A stretch of DNA of 64,000 nt from Eukaryota sp. TZLM1-RC (taxonomy: Eukaryota; Protista; Metamonada: BaSk clade), in assembly GCA_040285825.1 (NCBI GenBank), contig JAUPSS010000001.1, forward strand, positions 2,604,001-2,668,000, in the 5' to 3' direction. Shown here piece by piece: positions 12,480 through 23,424 of this stretch. Under the pieces are notes generated by a model. The model ran no database searches, was not told the DNA's origin, and saw only the letters and a program-made list of their open reading frames with translations. The position numbers were made by a program, and so were the translations under genes. Within the stretch, counting starts at the first letter, position 1, and every line of letters begins with the position of its first letter.

Positions 12480-13381
12480 TGTGGGTCAACCAATATCTGA
12501 GGTTGTACAAAACGGAAAAACTTTGACAAAATTTTTGATAGACAAGCAAACAATTTTAAATTGCTGAGCATTTTCCGATTTTACAGAGTCCTTCCAAAAT
12601 TCAACAAAAAGTTGAAAGCAATGAGAAACACCGAAAGTTCTACCATTTTTGGTTCCGACTTTGCGAAAAGGGTGTTTGATCTTATTTCTTTCCAATCAAA
12701 ATAGTCTGGGTATCAGTAGTCATTGATCAGAAACTTGCTGCTTCCTTACACGAACTCTGTGAATTTCAACTCAATAATACAACATATGTCAGGATTAGTC
12801 TCACCTCGTTTGTGGCCCACCGTGAAATTTAATTCATCAAACAGTGGTTCTAAACGAACTGGATGATGAGCACATTTTAACAGATCATAAATACAATCAC
12901 GAACAGCATTGTGGATAATTGATCTTTTTTGAATGAATTTACAGCAGGAAATAACGTCATCAAAAGAACAACAAGCACCACATTTACATTTCACATTTGA
13001 TAAGCATTGGGGAGAAGGTAGCTTAAGTGACTTAAGTCATGCAAATTAGACTTAACTTAAGTCTAATTTGCATGACTGTCAGAAATTCAATATCTGAAAG
13101 CAATTGTGCAAAATGGCGAGGAACTTGTGTAATCAAACAAGGTGAACTATATTGAAAAGTAATTAAGCTACACAATGAAGTCAAAATTAATTTCAAAGAA
13201 AATTCACCAGAACCAATGTGTCTTTTGCAACAATACAGGAGACAAAATCAACAGCAACTTCAGAGTTATCAAACCAATCACAGTATATATCACCTCTGTC
13301 ATCAGAACCAAACTTCTTTAATGACACTGTTTCTCTCAGCAAAGGCTCTTGAACCCATGAGATTCTTGCATTTCTTACCAT
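12480..13381 (-). mobile_element. Two degenerate 3' fragments of CRE-like RLE non-LTR retrotransposons
   Basis: CKCG..C..HNAVRD..LEP..RG and EPLLRETVSLKKFGSDDRGDIYCDW, homologous to the C-terminus of the RT ORF at 60764-63157. Confidence 0.8.
13035..13077. repeat. Perfect 21-bp inverted repeat with 1-nt spacer
   Basis: agtcatgcaaattagacttaa-c-ttaagtctaatttgcatgact. Confidence 0.95.
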
Positions 13382-13933
13382 AATACATATTGCTAACCCT
13401 GACTATACAACCAGTTTTCCAATGTGGATTTTGTCGATATATGTTGCAGGAAATAAATGTTAGCATCAATGTTTAAACCCTAACAATGAAGAATGGTGTT
13501 GTACCGACCACCAGAACCCCAATGCCGAGCTTAGTTGATGCAAAACTGGTTCAGTTGGACAAAGCTATCAAGCTTGAATAAGCACGAAAATTGGAAAAAA
13601 AGGAGGTGTGAAAACTGACTGCTTATTTAATAAATGTACTTGTTTCATTGTTTTAAAAATAGCACAATGTTGTTAACAAAATGGTCATGACCAATCTATT
13701 ACAATACATTGACACCTAGCCATGCTTATAAATTAATGTCTAATCTTGTATGGCTGGTGAGACTGTTTTGTTACAAATTCAATTACTTCAATACTAACTA
13801 TTTATCAGTGGTGGAAAAAATATTCCTAATATCCGCAATCAGAAAGAACTTGTTATGACCCCAGAATTTATCACTGCAAAGTTAGACATTACCTAAAAAC
13901 TAATTTATTTAACATCAAAACAGGGAGGAAAAC

Positions 13934-16102
13934 CTACATAAATTCAGGAACATCAATTGCCAATACGTCCAAACATGTGTATGCACAATGACGCAAAACC
14001 TTAAGATATTTTAACCAAGTCCTACATTCAGCCAAGTTACTGGAACCATCATCAGAAGGAAGGAACCGAACTCTTTTGTATAGTGAAGAAAATTCTGATG
14101 CAAATTGGGCTAATAATTCACAAACAATATGAGTGCCAAATTCAGGTAATTGTGGAGTTAAACCGACTCCTTGCTCTCTCAAAGTATTTGGAGGCAGAGC
14201 TGCTCTCTTGATAGCAGTTGGTAGCTGAAGTACAAAGGAAAGGAACAATTGCCAGGCACCATCGTCTTTGTTAAGAATCCCCTCATCAAGAGATTCTTCC
14301 TCTTTAAGTTTATCATTATTGCCAGCTTTGGTGAGGACAGTGTTGATTCTAGTAACATTATAAAGTATAAAGGGTGCTTGACTAGGCTCACTGAAATCTG
14401 CAGCTTTTTTAGGATCAAAAGTTATTTCATTTCTGGGGGTATTAGATAATAAAGCAATTTTAAGAGCAGCTGATGCGATTTGTTTAGCAATAACATGTAC
14501 TTTTTCCCTTTGCTCTTCACTAGTGTCCTCTTGAATCCATCTTTGCTGCATTATTTCGAAAACTTTTGCCTCGAGTTCGTCTAATAACTCATCTGCCAAA
14601 ACATATCGGCCTCTACGACCACTCATTCTACCAGTAGTAAGTTTAACCAAACCATAAGGAAAGTGACACAGGCGTCCCTTTTTGGAAGGTCTGTCACTTT
14701 CACCTTGGGTCAACATATGAGATAATATTAACACTTTCTCCTGGGCTAGTAATTGCTCCCCTCCAACCACATTAACACTTAAATCATGGTTATTAATCTT
14801 TTGAACGGCATATACTCCATCCCTCAGTGAATAGAGCGAAGAACCATCAGAACGAACCACATAAAATCTTGGATAATCTTTTGGGAAACCTTTCTTTCCT
14901 CTTGCGACCCCCATGTCGGTTAAAAACTTATCCAAATCAACATAACCGCCAGTCGTTCCATCAGAAGGGACAAAATATGGAGTTTTTGATAAATAATCCA
15001 AAACAAACCCAACAGCCCCAGTCCAAGACAACTCACTTTCATAGGTAAAAGAGTCGTGGAAGGCATTAACCCTACTTAGGGTCTCACAAGCGGAAGCGAG
15101 CACCGTATTGACCATTGGCCTGAATCTCTTGACAGCTTCCTCGTCACCTTGCTCATATTCAAGGTTAAGTTTCGCACTAGCTTCATAAATAGTAGGTCTT
15201 CCTTGTTTTCCATCCCATTGATTGATTGAGGCAATCAAAAGTGATTTGATTAGACCAGGTACACGTGTCATCAAGTCGGTGAGTGAAGAGAGGGGATCAG
15301 TGGTATTGGTATAATGTTCCTTCAATAAAACAAGATTAGAGCGATAGTCACCAGTGAACAAAGAATCATAAAGTTTCTCCAATGAAATTTCCTTAGCTCG
15401 TTGTACTTCATCAAAGGAATTCATCACTGCATAAACCAACCCAGTCCAATAATCATTCTTTTTGATCTCTTCAAGAAGACCTTCCTTGACTGAATCAGGA
15501 CTTGGGCAGACTTCCCATCCAAGAAGGGTTAATCCGATCTGAGCTCCCATGTCATTGACATAAAACTCTTCAATTACTTCAAAGCCAACAGCCTTGAGTA
15601 ATTTCGCTAAATGGAGACCCAGGAGAACATTGCGGAGGTTTCCGATATGGAGAGGGGAATTTGGGTTAGAGGAAGTGTGTTCCACCATAGCAGTCTTGGT
15701 CTTGGCGTCATCGGTGTAGCCATACTTGGTGGAGGACAAAACGAGATCAGAAATCATAGAGAAAACACGTTCTCGGTTGAGGTGAAGGTTAAGAAAACCA
15801 CCAGCTGCAGTAGCGGAGGCGATGAAGAGGGAGGGCGAGGGATCAGATTTGCGAAGGGTGGTTATTCTTTCAGCGATGATGGTGGCGAAATCGCGGGGTA
15901 GTTTGTTGCGAGAAATGATTGGTTGTAACATTACTGCAAGATCGCCCTCTGATAGACGACGAGACTATAATTAGGAAAGGATTTAGCTACTTACCAAGAT
16001 TATAGTGAGATCTTGTACCTTAATATTATGCTCATCGAAGATAGGTTGTAGTTCATTGCGAGCAATGTTGATGAGGTCAGGAAATGGTTCTTTGGAGAAC
16101 AT
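13934..16102 (-). CDS. ArgRS: Arginyl-tRNA synthetase, two exons (16102-15995, 15964-13934) with a 30-nt intron
   Basis: HIGH motif LHIGN, VEHTSSNPN, RSDGSSLY, MSGRRG; removing intron gtaagt...ctaattatag (15994-15965, contains an in-frame TAA) restores the N-domain including GDLAV. Confidence 0.92.
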
Positions 16103-16149
16103 TGAAGAAGGGACGAACTACTGTGAATTTCATTTATCATTCATTCCCC

Positions 16150-16392
16150 TGTGAAATTCACTCCTGTTTTCAACTCCCTCAGTGTCTACTCACAGGCTGT
16201 AAGAGACATGTAGCATCATTTGACAAAGACAATCATGATCTTCATCAATGGGCTACCTCACTTAAATACACCTACAGCTTTCACAGAACAAAGCCTCGCG
16301 ACTTGATGTATCTAAGTGGATCTACCAAATGCTACTAGGACATTTGTAGATCGGTCTCAAAAGTTTTTGTTTCTGATGCTCAGGTTCCCCAT
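16150..16392 (-). ncRNA. Candidate Fanzor omegaRNA region (boundaries unknown)
   Basis: Immediately 3' of the Fanzor stop; 12-bp bulged hairpin GATCTACAAATG-N9-CATTTGGTAGATC at 16319-16352; position expected from known TnpB/Fanzor loci. Confidence 0.4.
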
Positions 16393-18346
16393 TCATCTTC
16401 TCAACAGAGCATCTGGGCAAATGTATCTTTCCAGCCACAATTCCGCTTTCTTCTTAATTTGAATATTTTTTGCAGCGGAAATATATCTGTCATATACTAT
16501 TTGACACTCAGTACAAATACGCATCTGCCATGAGCCTGCTTGAATTTTCTCGGCCATGCAACAACTTGACATTTTGCTTGTATTAAATTCACTGGTTGAC
16601 AAGTGCTTCACGTCCTTTTGATAACACAACCATTTTCTAAAAGCCCTTGCTGATCCATATCGATTGACTTTTCGGCAATGAGAAGGGAAATTAGCAGAAC
16701 CAACAGCAAGATAGAGTTTTTCAGGATGTCCAGCCAGCCTTTGAAATTTGTTGAGACTCTCTCTGAACCGTCTCTCTTTTCGTCTGCGGTTATCAAATTT
16801 AATTATTTTCCATTTCTGGCGATTACTTTCCAAATACACTTTCCTCCTGACCAAATTCCAATGGTTCAAATATTGGTTGAAATTTTGAACGGAATATTGG
16901 TTGGGAGAGTGTTTACTGGGTGAAGGTTTTGTCATGTATCTTCTGCCAGTTGGACAAGGAATAACTCCACATTGATTATCATTTAAGAAGTAACCACATA
17001 ATCTTGATTGGCCAAGATCAACGCCGATAAGGGGGCTTTCAGGTAAAATTTCGACTGGATGTCTACGTCTTCGACGGGGCATTTTTTAGTACCCTTCAAC
17101 TGTGTTTCTCTGGTTTTGTTGGCATTAGGGTCACTTTTCATTTCATTTTTTGATCTTCTTTTCTTTTTCGGTGGTTCATCCAGCTCATCTGTGTTTTCTG
17201 AGTCATTATTTTTACCTTCAAAGGTCAAAAGCAGTTCATTACCATTAGTTTTCAATAAAATTTTGTTAAATCTATTTTTCAAACTTTTTCTGTTGATATT
17301 GAATTTTTGGTAAGGACATTGTTTGAATATTCGTTTCAGACATGTATTTTTGATAAACTTTGTTTTGGAAGATGATCCTTCAATAATTGGAAATTTTTTC
17401 ACAGAGTGAAAAATTTGTGAAGGTACCTCATGAAATTTAGAACCTTTATGAGAAGCTAAAGGTATTATTCTAAATTTCTTCCAGCAATGCATATGAGAAA
17501 AGAAAGTGAGTAAGTATTGTGAAATTTTAAGATTGATGAGAAAAAGCTCACTAATTTCCTTTGATGAAAAAGTGATTTTATCATGTGAGGACAGTAGGGA
17601 AGCAGTGGTAGGAAATCTTTGAAAGAGATTCGAGATAAACTTACATGCATTCAATAAAAAAATCTTTCTCTTGAATTATTCAAATTGAAATTGATGTGGT
17701 ATTCAAGAACAGAATCAACTACTACTTCCTCGGGTTGGGCTAGTGGTTCATCTGGCAAAAATGAAAGAATATTATTTGCAAAGACATTTGTTTTATCCAG
17801 GGCTCTACAATGAGCACGAATAAAGTTTTTTGTCCAGGATTGACAAATTTTAGGTAAACTTGTCTTCACGTTAGACGCCAATTGACGAGCCCGACAAGCA
17901 AGGTAAGGAAAAAGCCCTTTTCTATTGATAAAATCGCAATTCTGAGATTGCAGCCAAGCATTGAGAAAAAGATTTAATGAATTTCTGTAAGGCACTAAAG
18001 AATTTTCCCACACAGAAACAAGAGACCTGTCTTGTGGGCATTCAGGAAGAAATCCATTGTAAAAGATATGGAGTAATTGGCGTTGGCCTCTAGATGTGGA
18101 AGGCTTAGGAAAAGAACCAGTGGTGATGACGGTCATAAACAGATACCATACATCCTGCTCCACTAAAGCTCTAGATGCCAACGGAAAATTTAGAAGAAAA
18201 GATTGAAGTAATAAAGAAGCTTCATGACAAATCTCGGTGACCACAGGAAGGTCAGTCCGAATTTGTTGCACCGCTGCAGGGGTCAGCAGCGAGTTAAGTG
18301 CACAAGACCGAGTGAATACACGTGACACAGAGTGGGTGTCTGTCAT
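16393..18346 (-). CDS. Fanzor1 (eukaryotic TnpB-like RNA-guided nuclease), about 651 aa after correcting two 1-nt homopolymer frameshifts
   Basis: N-terminal SCAL..I..EASLLL helix, RuvC-I GVDLG, RuvC-II SEFNTSK, CC/CTEC zinc finger, RuvC-III DRYISAAKNI, P..L.R end; three consecutive ORFs join at a T7 run (about 17656-17662) and an A6 run (about 17082-17087). Confidence 0.85.
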
Positions 18347-18553
18347 GTAGTGAGAATAAAGAGCTCATCTATCAAATTTTACACTTGTCACCCCATTTTC
18401 AACTTCTGGATGCCTGTTCTGGGAGGTTTTTAACCCTCAACTTGGTTTTGGGAGGTTTTCACTATTCCCACACTTCCCCCTCACTTCATAAACTAGGTTC
18501 ATAAACTAGGTATCCTTTGTAAAAGTTTCTGGAATTTCAACTCTATGTAACTC

Positions 18554-19059
18554 ATGAAAGACGCTCTCAGCATCATCAACAGATTAGTCCACGATACTTC
18601 TTTGTCTAAAGAACGTTTCTTTGTTGGTTTTGAGGATAGATTTGGCGGTGTATTCTTCCTCCCTCTTCACGATTTACTTGCCTTATCTGTACCATCTCAC
18701 AGAATTCGCTACATATCTAAAGGAAACTCAATTCTCTGGTCTCGCACAAAATGAATCAACCTTATTGGCTCTGTTGCACCTTCTGTTTCTTTATTCTCAT
18801 CTCCAACACCTGGTGTTCTCTCCCGATATTTTCCTCCTCATGCTACTGGTAGAAAGAATTTCCAGTTACCCTTCTTCTCTAACATTGTTTCTTGTAGTGT
18901 AGGTGTTCATCATACATTGGCACTCACTGCTTGTGGTAATTGCTATGGATTTGGTCTGAACAAATCTACCAATTAGGCAACAACTCAATCAATTTATCTA
19001 TCCTAAATGAACCCTGGAGAAAACCAAAAGTCGAAATGCTATACGACACGTGTGGATAA
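18554..19059 (+). pseudogene. MJ1316 (DUF504, LENG9-like) domain followed by an RCC1-like repeat; premature TGA and frameshift
   Basis: IINRLVHD..FFVGFEDRF..VPSHRIRY..LWSR; frame continues past TGA 18752 to VSCSVGVHHTLALTACGNCYGFGLN, then shifts into QLG. Confidence 0.65.
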
Positions 19060-19521
19060 GGTTTGTCAAGTGGCATAAAGGTAGTTAGTGTTCATCATCT
19101 ACTGAGATTTCATGTTATTGTTGATTAGCCACTTGCTTCAATTGTGATGTATCCGGGACAATTCCACAGAAATGATACTATCAATAATGATTGAAGTTTG
19201 TTAACAATAATTGAGTTCTGCGAAACAGTGAAAAGATTTCTGTATGTATGTTATCATGAAGCTTCAGTTGTTTTGATGAACACACAACCATCCTTTTATG
19301 AACAGCAATTATAAATCCTCTATTAATGAGAAAAACATTAAAACAGCCAACAAAAGATTCACATATTTACACTGTTGTGACAGCATGTCAATGCTAAAAC
19401 ATTAAAATCAAATAATTAAGCCATATTTATTTCTATGCAATACAAATCCAACTATCCTTGTTGTTGAGCTTTCATTGACAAGCTTCTTCCTAAAGTTAAC
19501 AGAATGATCATAAGGTAACAA

Positions 19522-20055
19522 ACCAGCAGCTATAATTTCATCACACAACAATAATTGAGAAGAAATAACAGCAGATGAACGAATCATATTTCTTAAAACA
19601 CAATAGTTGTCCCAAATTCCAAGTTCCTTTGGATCACAGGCTTCTCCAGAAAAGACATCTGAACCAACAATGCCACCCTCTTCGGCTTCTTCTTGCAAGT
19701 TGATAATAGTCTCTTCAGCATCAAGACGAGAGTTTTGAGCAAGTGTTTTGGGGATAATGAGTAGAGATTCAGCAAAAACTTCTACTCCTCTCTTTACTCT
19801 ACCTTTAAGGGTTTTCTTAAAGTCATGTAACATGGCATTAGCAGCGATATGGAAAGAACCAGCTCCAGGGATTAAACAACCATCATCCAATGCATTCTTG
19901 ACAGCTCGTAGACCATCTCTGAGTGCTTCCTTAGTTTGAGCAAAGGTGTGTTTGTTGGGACCTTTAATAAGTACAGTACAAGAGTCGGGGTTTGGTACAT
20001 CCTCAATAAAAGTGACAGTGGATCAACACCCTTTTGGTTAATGACAAATTGGTCA
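19522..20055 (-). pseudogene. CCT6: 3' fragment of chaperonin CCT6 (zeta) with internal deletion
   Basis: VINQKGVDPL fused out of frame to TFIEDV..SCTVLIKGPNKHT..LRDGLRAVKN..PGAGSF..LIIPKTLAQNS..GIWDNY..QLLLCDEI; no N-terminal half. Confidence 0.85.
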
Positions 20056-21353
20056 GAAACACAAAAAAGGGATTAGGGAGGGATTAGGAGGGAAGGGAAA
20101 AAAAGGGATTTGTATTCAACCTAAAATTCAACCAAACTAAAATTATTTAAATCAAAACTTATTTCGTTGGGCTAAGGCTGATCAATGATCAATACTACCG
20201 AAGTAGCTGCCTAGATATTAAGTCTAGAAGCTAAGGCTGATCGTCTTTATCCAAAAATTACAACTTTGTTAAAAAAATTTCTGCTAGGTAATAGGCTGGT
20301 TGCCTCTGATTTACTATAATCCATTTAAGCTTCATTATAAACACCTAATATACTTCTGTTGTTATCTCATTGCCATCTGTAGTTGTTTTAGATCTATTAT
20401 TAAACAATTATGTAACAATTTCTGTTGTAAAGTTCACTTATTTTAAGAGAATCAATCGTTTGTAATGGGCACAACATCATCGTAAACAGTGTCAAAGTTT
20501 TACAAATTGATATTTATGACATTTCTTCTTCCTTAGATGTACTACCTCTTTTTGTCATTGAAATTAATTATAATTTGAATTAATAATTAAAATAATTCAG
20601 TCGATTAAATAAATTTTAACAATTGATTACATAAAACTTTGGAACTATTCAGCTTTTCAAGCAGAAAACAGGACATACTTCTCTACTTAGTGAACTGTAT
20701 GACCCATATGTAATTAGCTAAATGAAATGCACACACGGGCACAACACCCAATAAGATCGCCTTGGTGGATGAATATTATTTAAAGGTTTATTGCTGTTTA
20801 GGAGGGAGTGGCTAGTTCACTTGTAGAATCCAGGATGATGAGAAAAAAGTAGTAATATTTTTTATTTGTTTTGGTATTGTGTAATCAGATCCAAAAGAGA
20901 GTGATTCATGTGGAGGACTCAAAAAAGAAAATAAATTGTGACAGCTTCTCTTTTAACAGAGTATGCTACCATCAAAACTTACATGTTTTGTGATCAACGT
21001 CTTGTCAACAGTTTGTACGTGATTTGTTGAGAATCATTACCATCATTGCACATGATGTCTCAGTCTGTTCTTGGAGAAAACATCCACTTAGATCGTTTGC
21101 GTCCTTTATTGTCGTCCAGAAGTTCATGCCTGATCGTTGCCAGTGTTGACATTATGAGGTTCTGATCCCTATGCCAGTTCCCGAAGGCTTTTAGTGATGC
21201 CCTTCTGCTGAGTAGCTGCCATGCGTACAACTTTTACTGAAGCTTTATTTCTTGTTGCGATAACAAGTAGTTAGTTTCACACCTATTACCATTCAGTTTC
21301 TGGTTCAAATCACCTTACGTTGCCTAAATTGATAATTGATTGATCCGAATTGT

Positions 21354-21629
21354 TTATTGTCTAAACACATCAGCAATCAAATCATTGAGAATTGATTGAC
21401 CTGTTGAAAGAGTTTCCTTTACCACCCGTTCAACTCTTTCAGTTGGTTCCTCCAGGCTAAGAGTACATGTACTCAACCCTTTCTGCAATGCCTTCACCTC
21501 TGCACTGACGGCTTCCTTGGCATCGGAGTGAGGTACCAATTGTTTGTTATGACCTTCTAAGAGACCACAAGCATCACACATGGCAATCGTACACTGGGTG
21601 CAAAAGTATTCAAGGTTCTTTATCTTCAA
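21354..21629 (-). pseudogene. B-box plus coiled-coil gene fragment
   Basis: YFCTQCTIAMCDACGLLEGH followed by a heptad-like helix; no ATG and broken downstream. Confidence 0.55.
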
Positions 21630-22099
21630 ACGCAGCTTTTCATTTATTTTTTTTCTTCATTTTGTTTATTTCAATTTTTTTCTTGATCGACGTTGATCAC
21701 AAAACATGTAAGTTTTAATTTAACAGCTGTTTTTTTTTGTGAATTTCCTTTATTTTATGTTTAAATCGTATGTTTTTTCTAATTTTAGGTATTGTTCCCC
21801 ACTGCAGTTATGAACCTTGAACAATAGCTTTTTGTTTGAGAAGTCGTCTTATTTCAATATAAACTCTGGAAAGATCTCAATAATAATTGCTTTTTTTCGT
21901 TGGTTTAAGCAAAAAACCAGAATGTAGAATATTGGTGAAGTCCTCAACTCAATGATACTGGTACCTTAGATTCTTTTATAACAACCTTAGCTATTCAAAC
22001 ACTCTACACAACCTATGTACTGATTTTTTTATATCTCAAGAAGATTCCAGACTTCAGGCCAAAGCAAAATCATCCTCCTCCAAATTAAAACACGAAAAC

Positions 22100-22830
22100 A
22101 AACTAAAGGAATACTTTCAAGAGGCTTACTGCTCCTCAAAAGAGCAGAGAAACTCTGAACAAAGACCATCAAAAATTCTATAAGGATGGCAAAGAATCAT
22201 GAATTTATCAAAACAAAACTGTTAAGGAATGGGAAGAAGAATTAAAACAATTTTCAAAAAAACTCTAGATCATGAAGAATTCCTATACTATTGCAAGGCA
22301 AAAAACAACTTTTCTTTCCATGATGCAGCTTTTTACTTTAACAAAGAATTGAGAGTCATGAAACTGCGAAGATTCATGGCCACAGAAACGAATTTGAATT
22401 TGAAAATAAGTTTGGAAGTCCAGAAAATAGCATTGTAGTGATGGTTGATTGCAAGCAAACCAATTTTAAACATCAAGCACCTACAAGGAATGTTGGTTGT
22501 CAAAAGATGTTTAAAAAACGTAACTTCCGTCTATTGCTGCTGGATGAATATAGAACAGGTTGTAGATGTCAGGTTGTAGATGTCAGGTTGTAGATGTCAT
22601 GCATGTGTACTCGAGGGAAAAGAATATCCCAAGACCTTACAGGAGAGTAAAAACTCCAACGGTCCTTAGACATGGAATACTCACTTGCAAGAAGTGTACA
22701 TGTCTATGGAATCGTAATGTCAATGCTGTTCTTAATATGATTCATATTGTAGATCTGTATCTTGAATGAAATGAAACTCATTTCATTAGAACTTCAAATT
22801 CCAATACAGACCGACCTTTTTGTGCTATTA
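22100..22830 (+). pseudogene. Decayed Fanzor1 remnant A (second family) with putative element right end
   Basis: VKEWEEELK..KTLD..F..YCKAKN..FY..MKLRRF, KFGSPENSIVV, LLLDEYRT, PRPYR..HGILTCKKC..WNRNVNAVLN across frameshifts; left limit approximate. Confidence 0.85.
22556..22597 (+). repeat. 14-bp tandem repeat x3 (caggttgtagatgt) inside Fanzor remnant A
   Basis: Three exact copies; the 28 extra nt shift the frame just after the RuvC-II motif. Confidence 0.95.
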
Positions 22831-22834
22831 GCCG

Positions 22835-23368
22835 ATGTCCAAGAGAGATAGATTCATAAGCGATCTTGAGCTCCTGGATAGGGAAATTCTCTATAACCAC
22901 CAAGAACTTAATCGTATACATCTTTTTGTCCAAAACTCTGCTTTTCAACCACAACAGCAGCAGATTCTACCAGATCTCATTGAGAAAAAGAAGCTGGCAA
23001 AACAAATGGTTACTCATTTACGTTTTCTTAGAAAAAACAGTACTCCTGATAAGCTCAGTGCTTCCATTAGCCTCAAATCATGTTTCCCTTGTGGGTCTCC
23101 ATTGGTAACCCTCCTTGATGCTTTGATAGACAAAGTTCAAGAAGACCAAGAAGCATTAGAACAATTACCTTCAAAAATCAATCAAATCAATCAAGAAATC
23201 TCAAGACTTCAACATAGTTTTGATAACAATGTCTTGAACAACAATGAGCACTGTCGAGTTGCTAGATTTGAATTGAAAAAGAAGGAGCAAAAAGTGCAAG
23301 ATACAATTCAGCAGCTTGAAAAGCTCAAAGAATTAAGGAAAATTAAATGGAAAAACGAAGGTACTTAA
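22835..23368 (+). CDS. Uncharacterised coiled-coil protein (177 aa)
   Basis: ATG-initiated open frame rich in Q/E/K/L heptads, convergent with the next gene. Confidence 0.7.
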   Translation: MSKRDRFISDLELLDREILYNHQELNRIHLFVQNSAFQPQQQQILPDLIEKKKLAKQMVTHLRFLRKNSTPDKLSASISLKSCFPCGSPLVTLLDALIDKVQEDQEALEQLPSKINQINQEISRLQHSFDNNVLNNNEHCRVARFELKKKEQKVQDTIQQLEKLKELRKIKWKNEGT

Positions 23369-23424
23369 TTTAGAAATTCAACTAACTGATTTCATTTATT
23401 AAGGTAACATATACTGAAAAATAT

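Noticed and set aside
16167-18404. TTTTCAACT on both sides of the Fanzor gene as a 9-bp TSD
   Set aside because: No terminal inverted repeats inside it, and an AT-rich 9-mer match is plausible by chance; needs other copies
18752-18754. In-frame TGA as evidence of stop-codon reassignment or selenocysteine
   Set aside because: Intact genes here terminate with TGA, TAA and TAG, and this locus has further lesions
20073-20088. TTAGGG as interstitial telomere
   Set aside because: Only one exact unit plus one variant; not an array
22556-22597. 14-bp triple repeat inside a TnpB-like gene as a mini CRISPR array
   Set aside because: Head-to-tail with no spacers; a slippage duplication that breaks the frame
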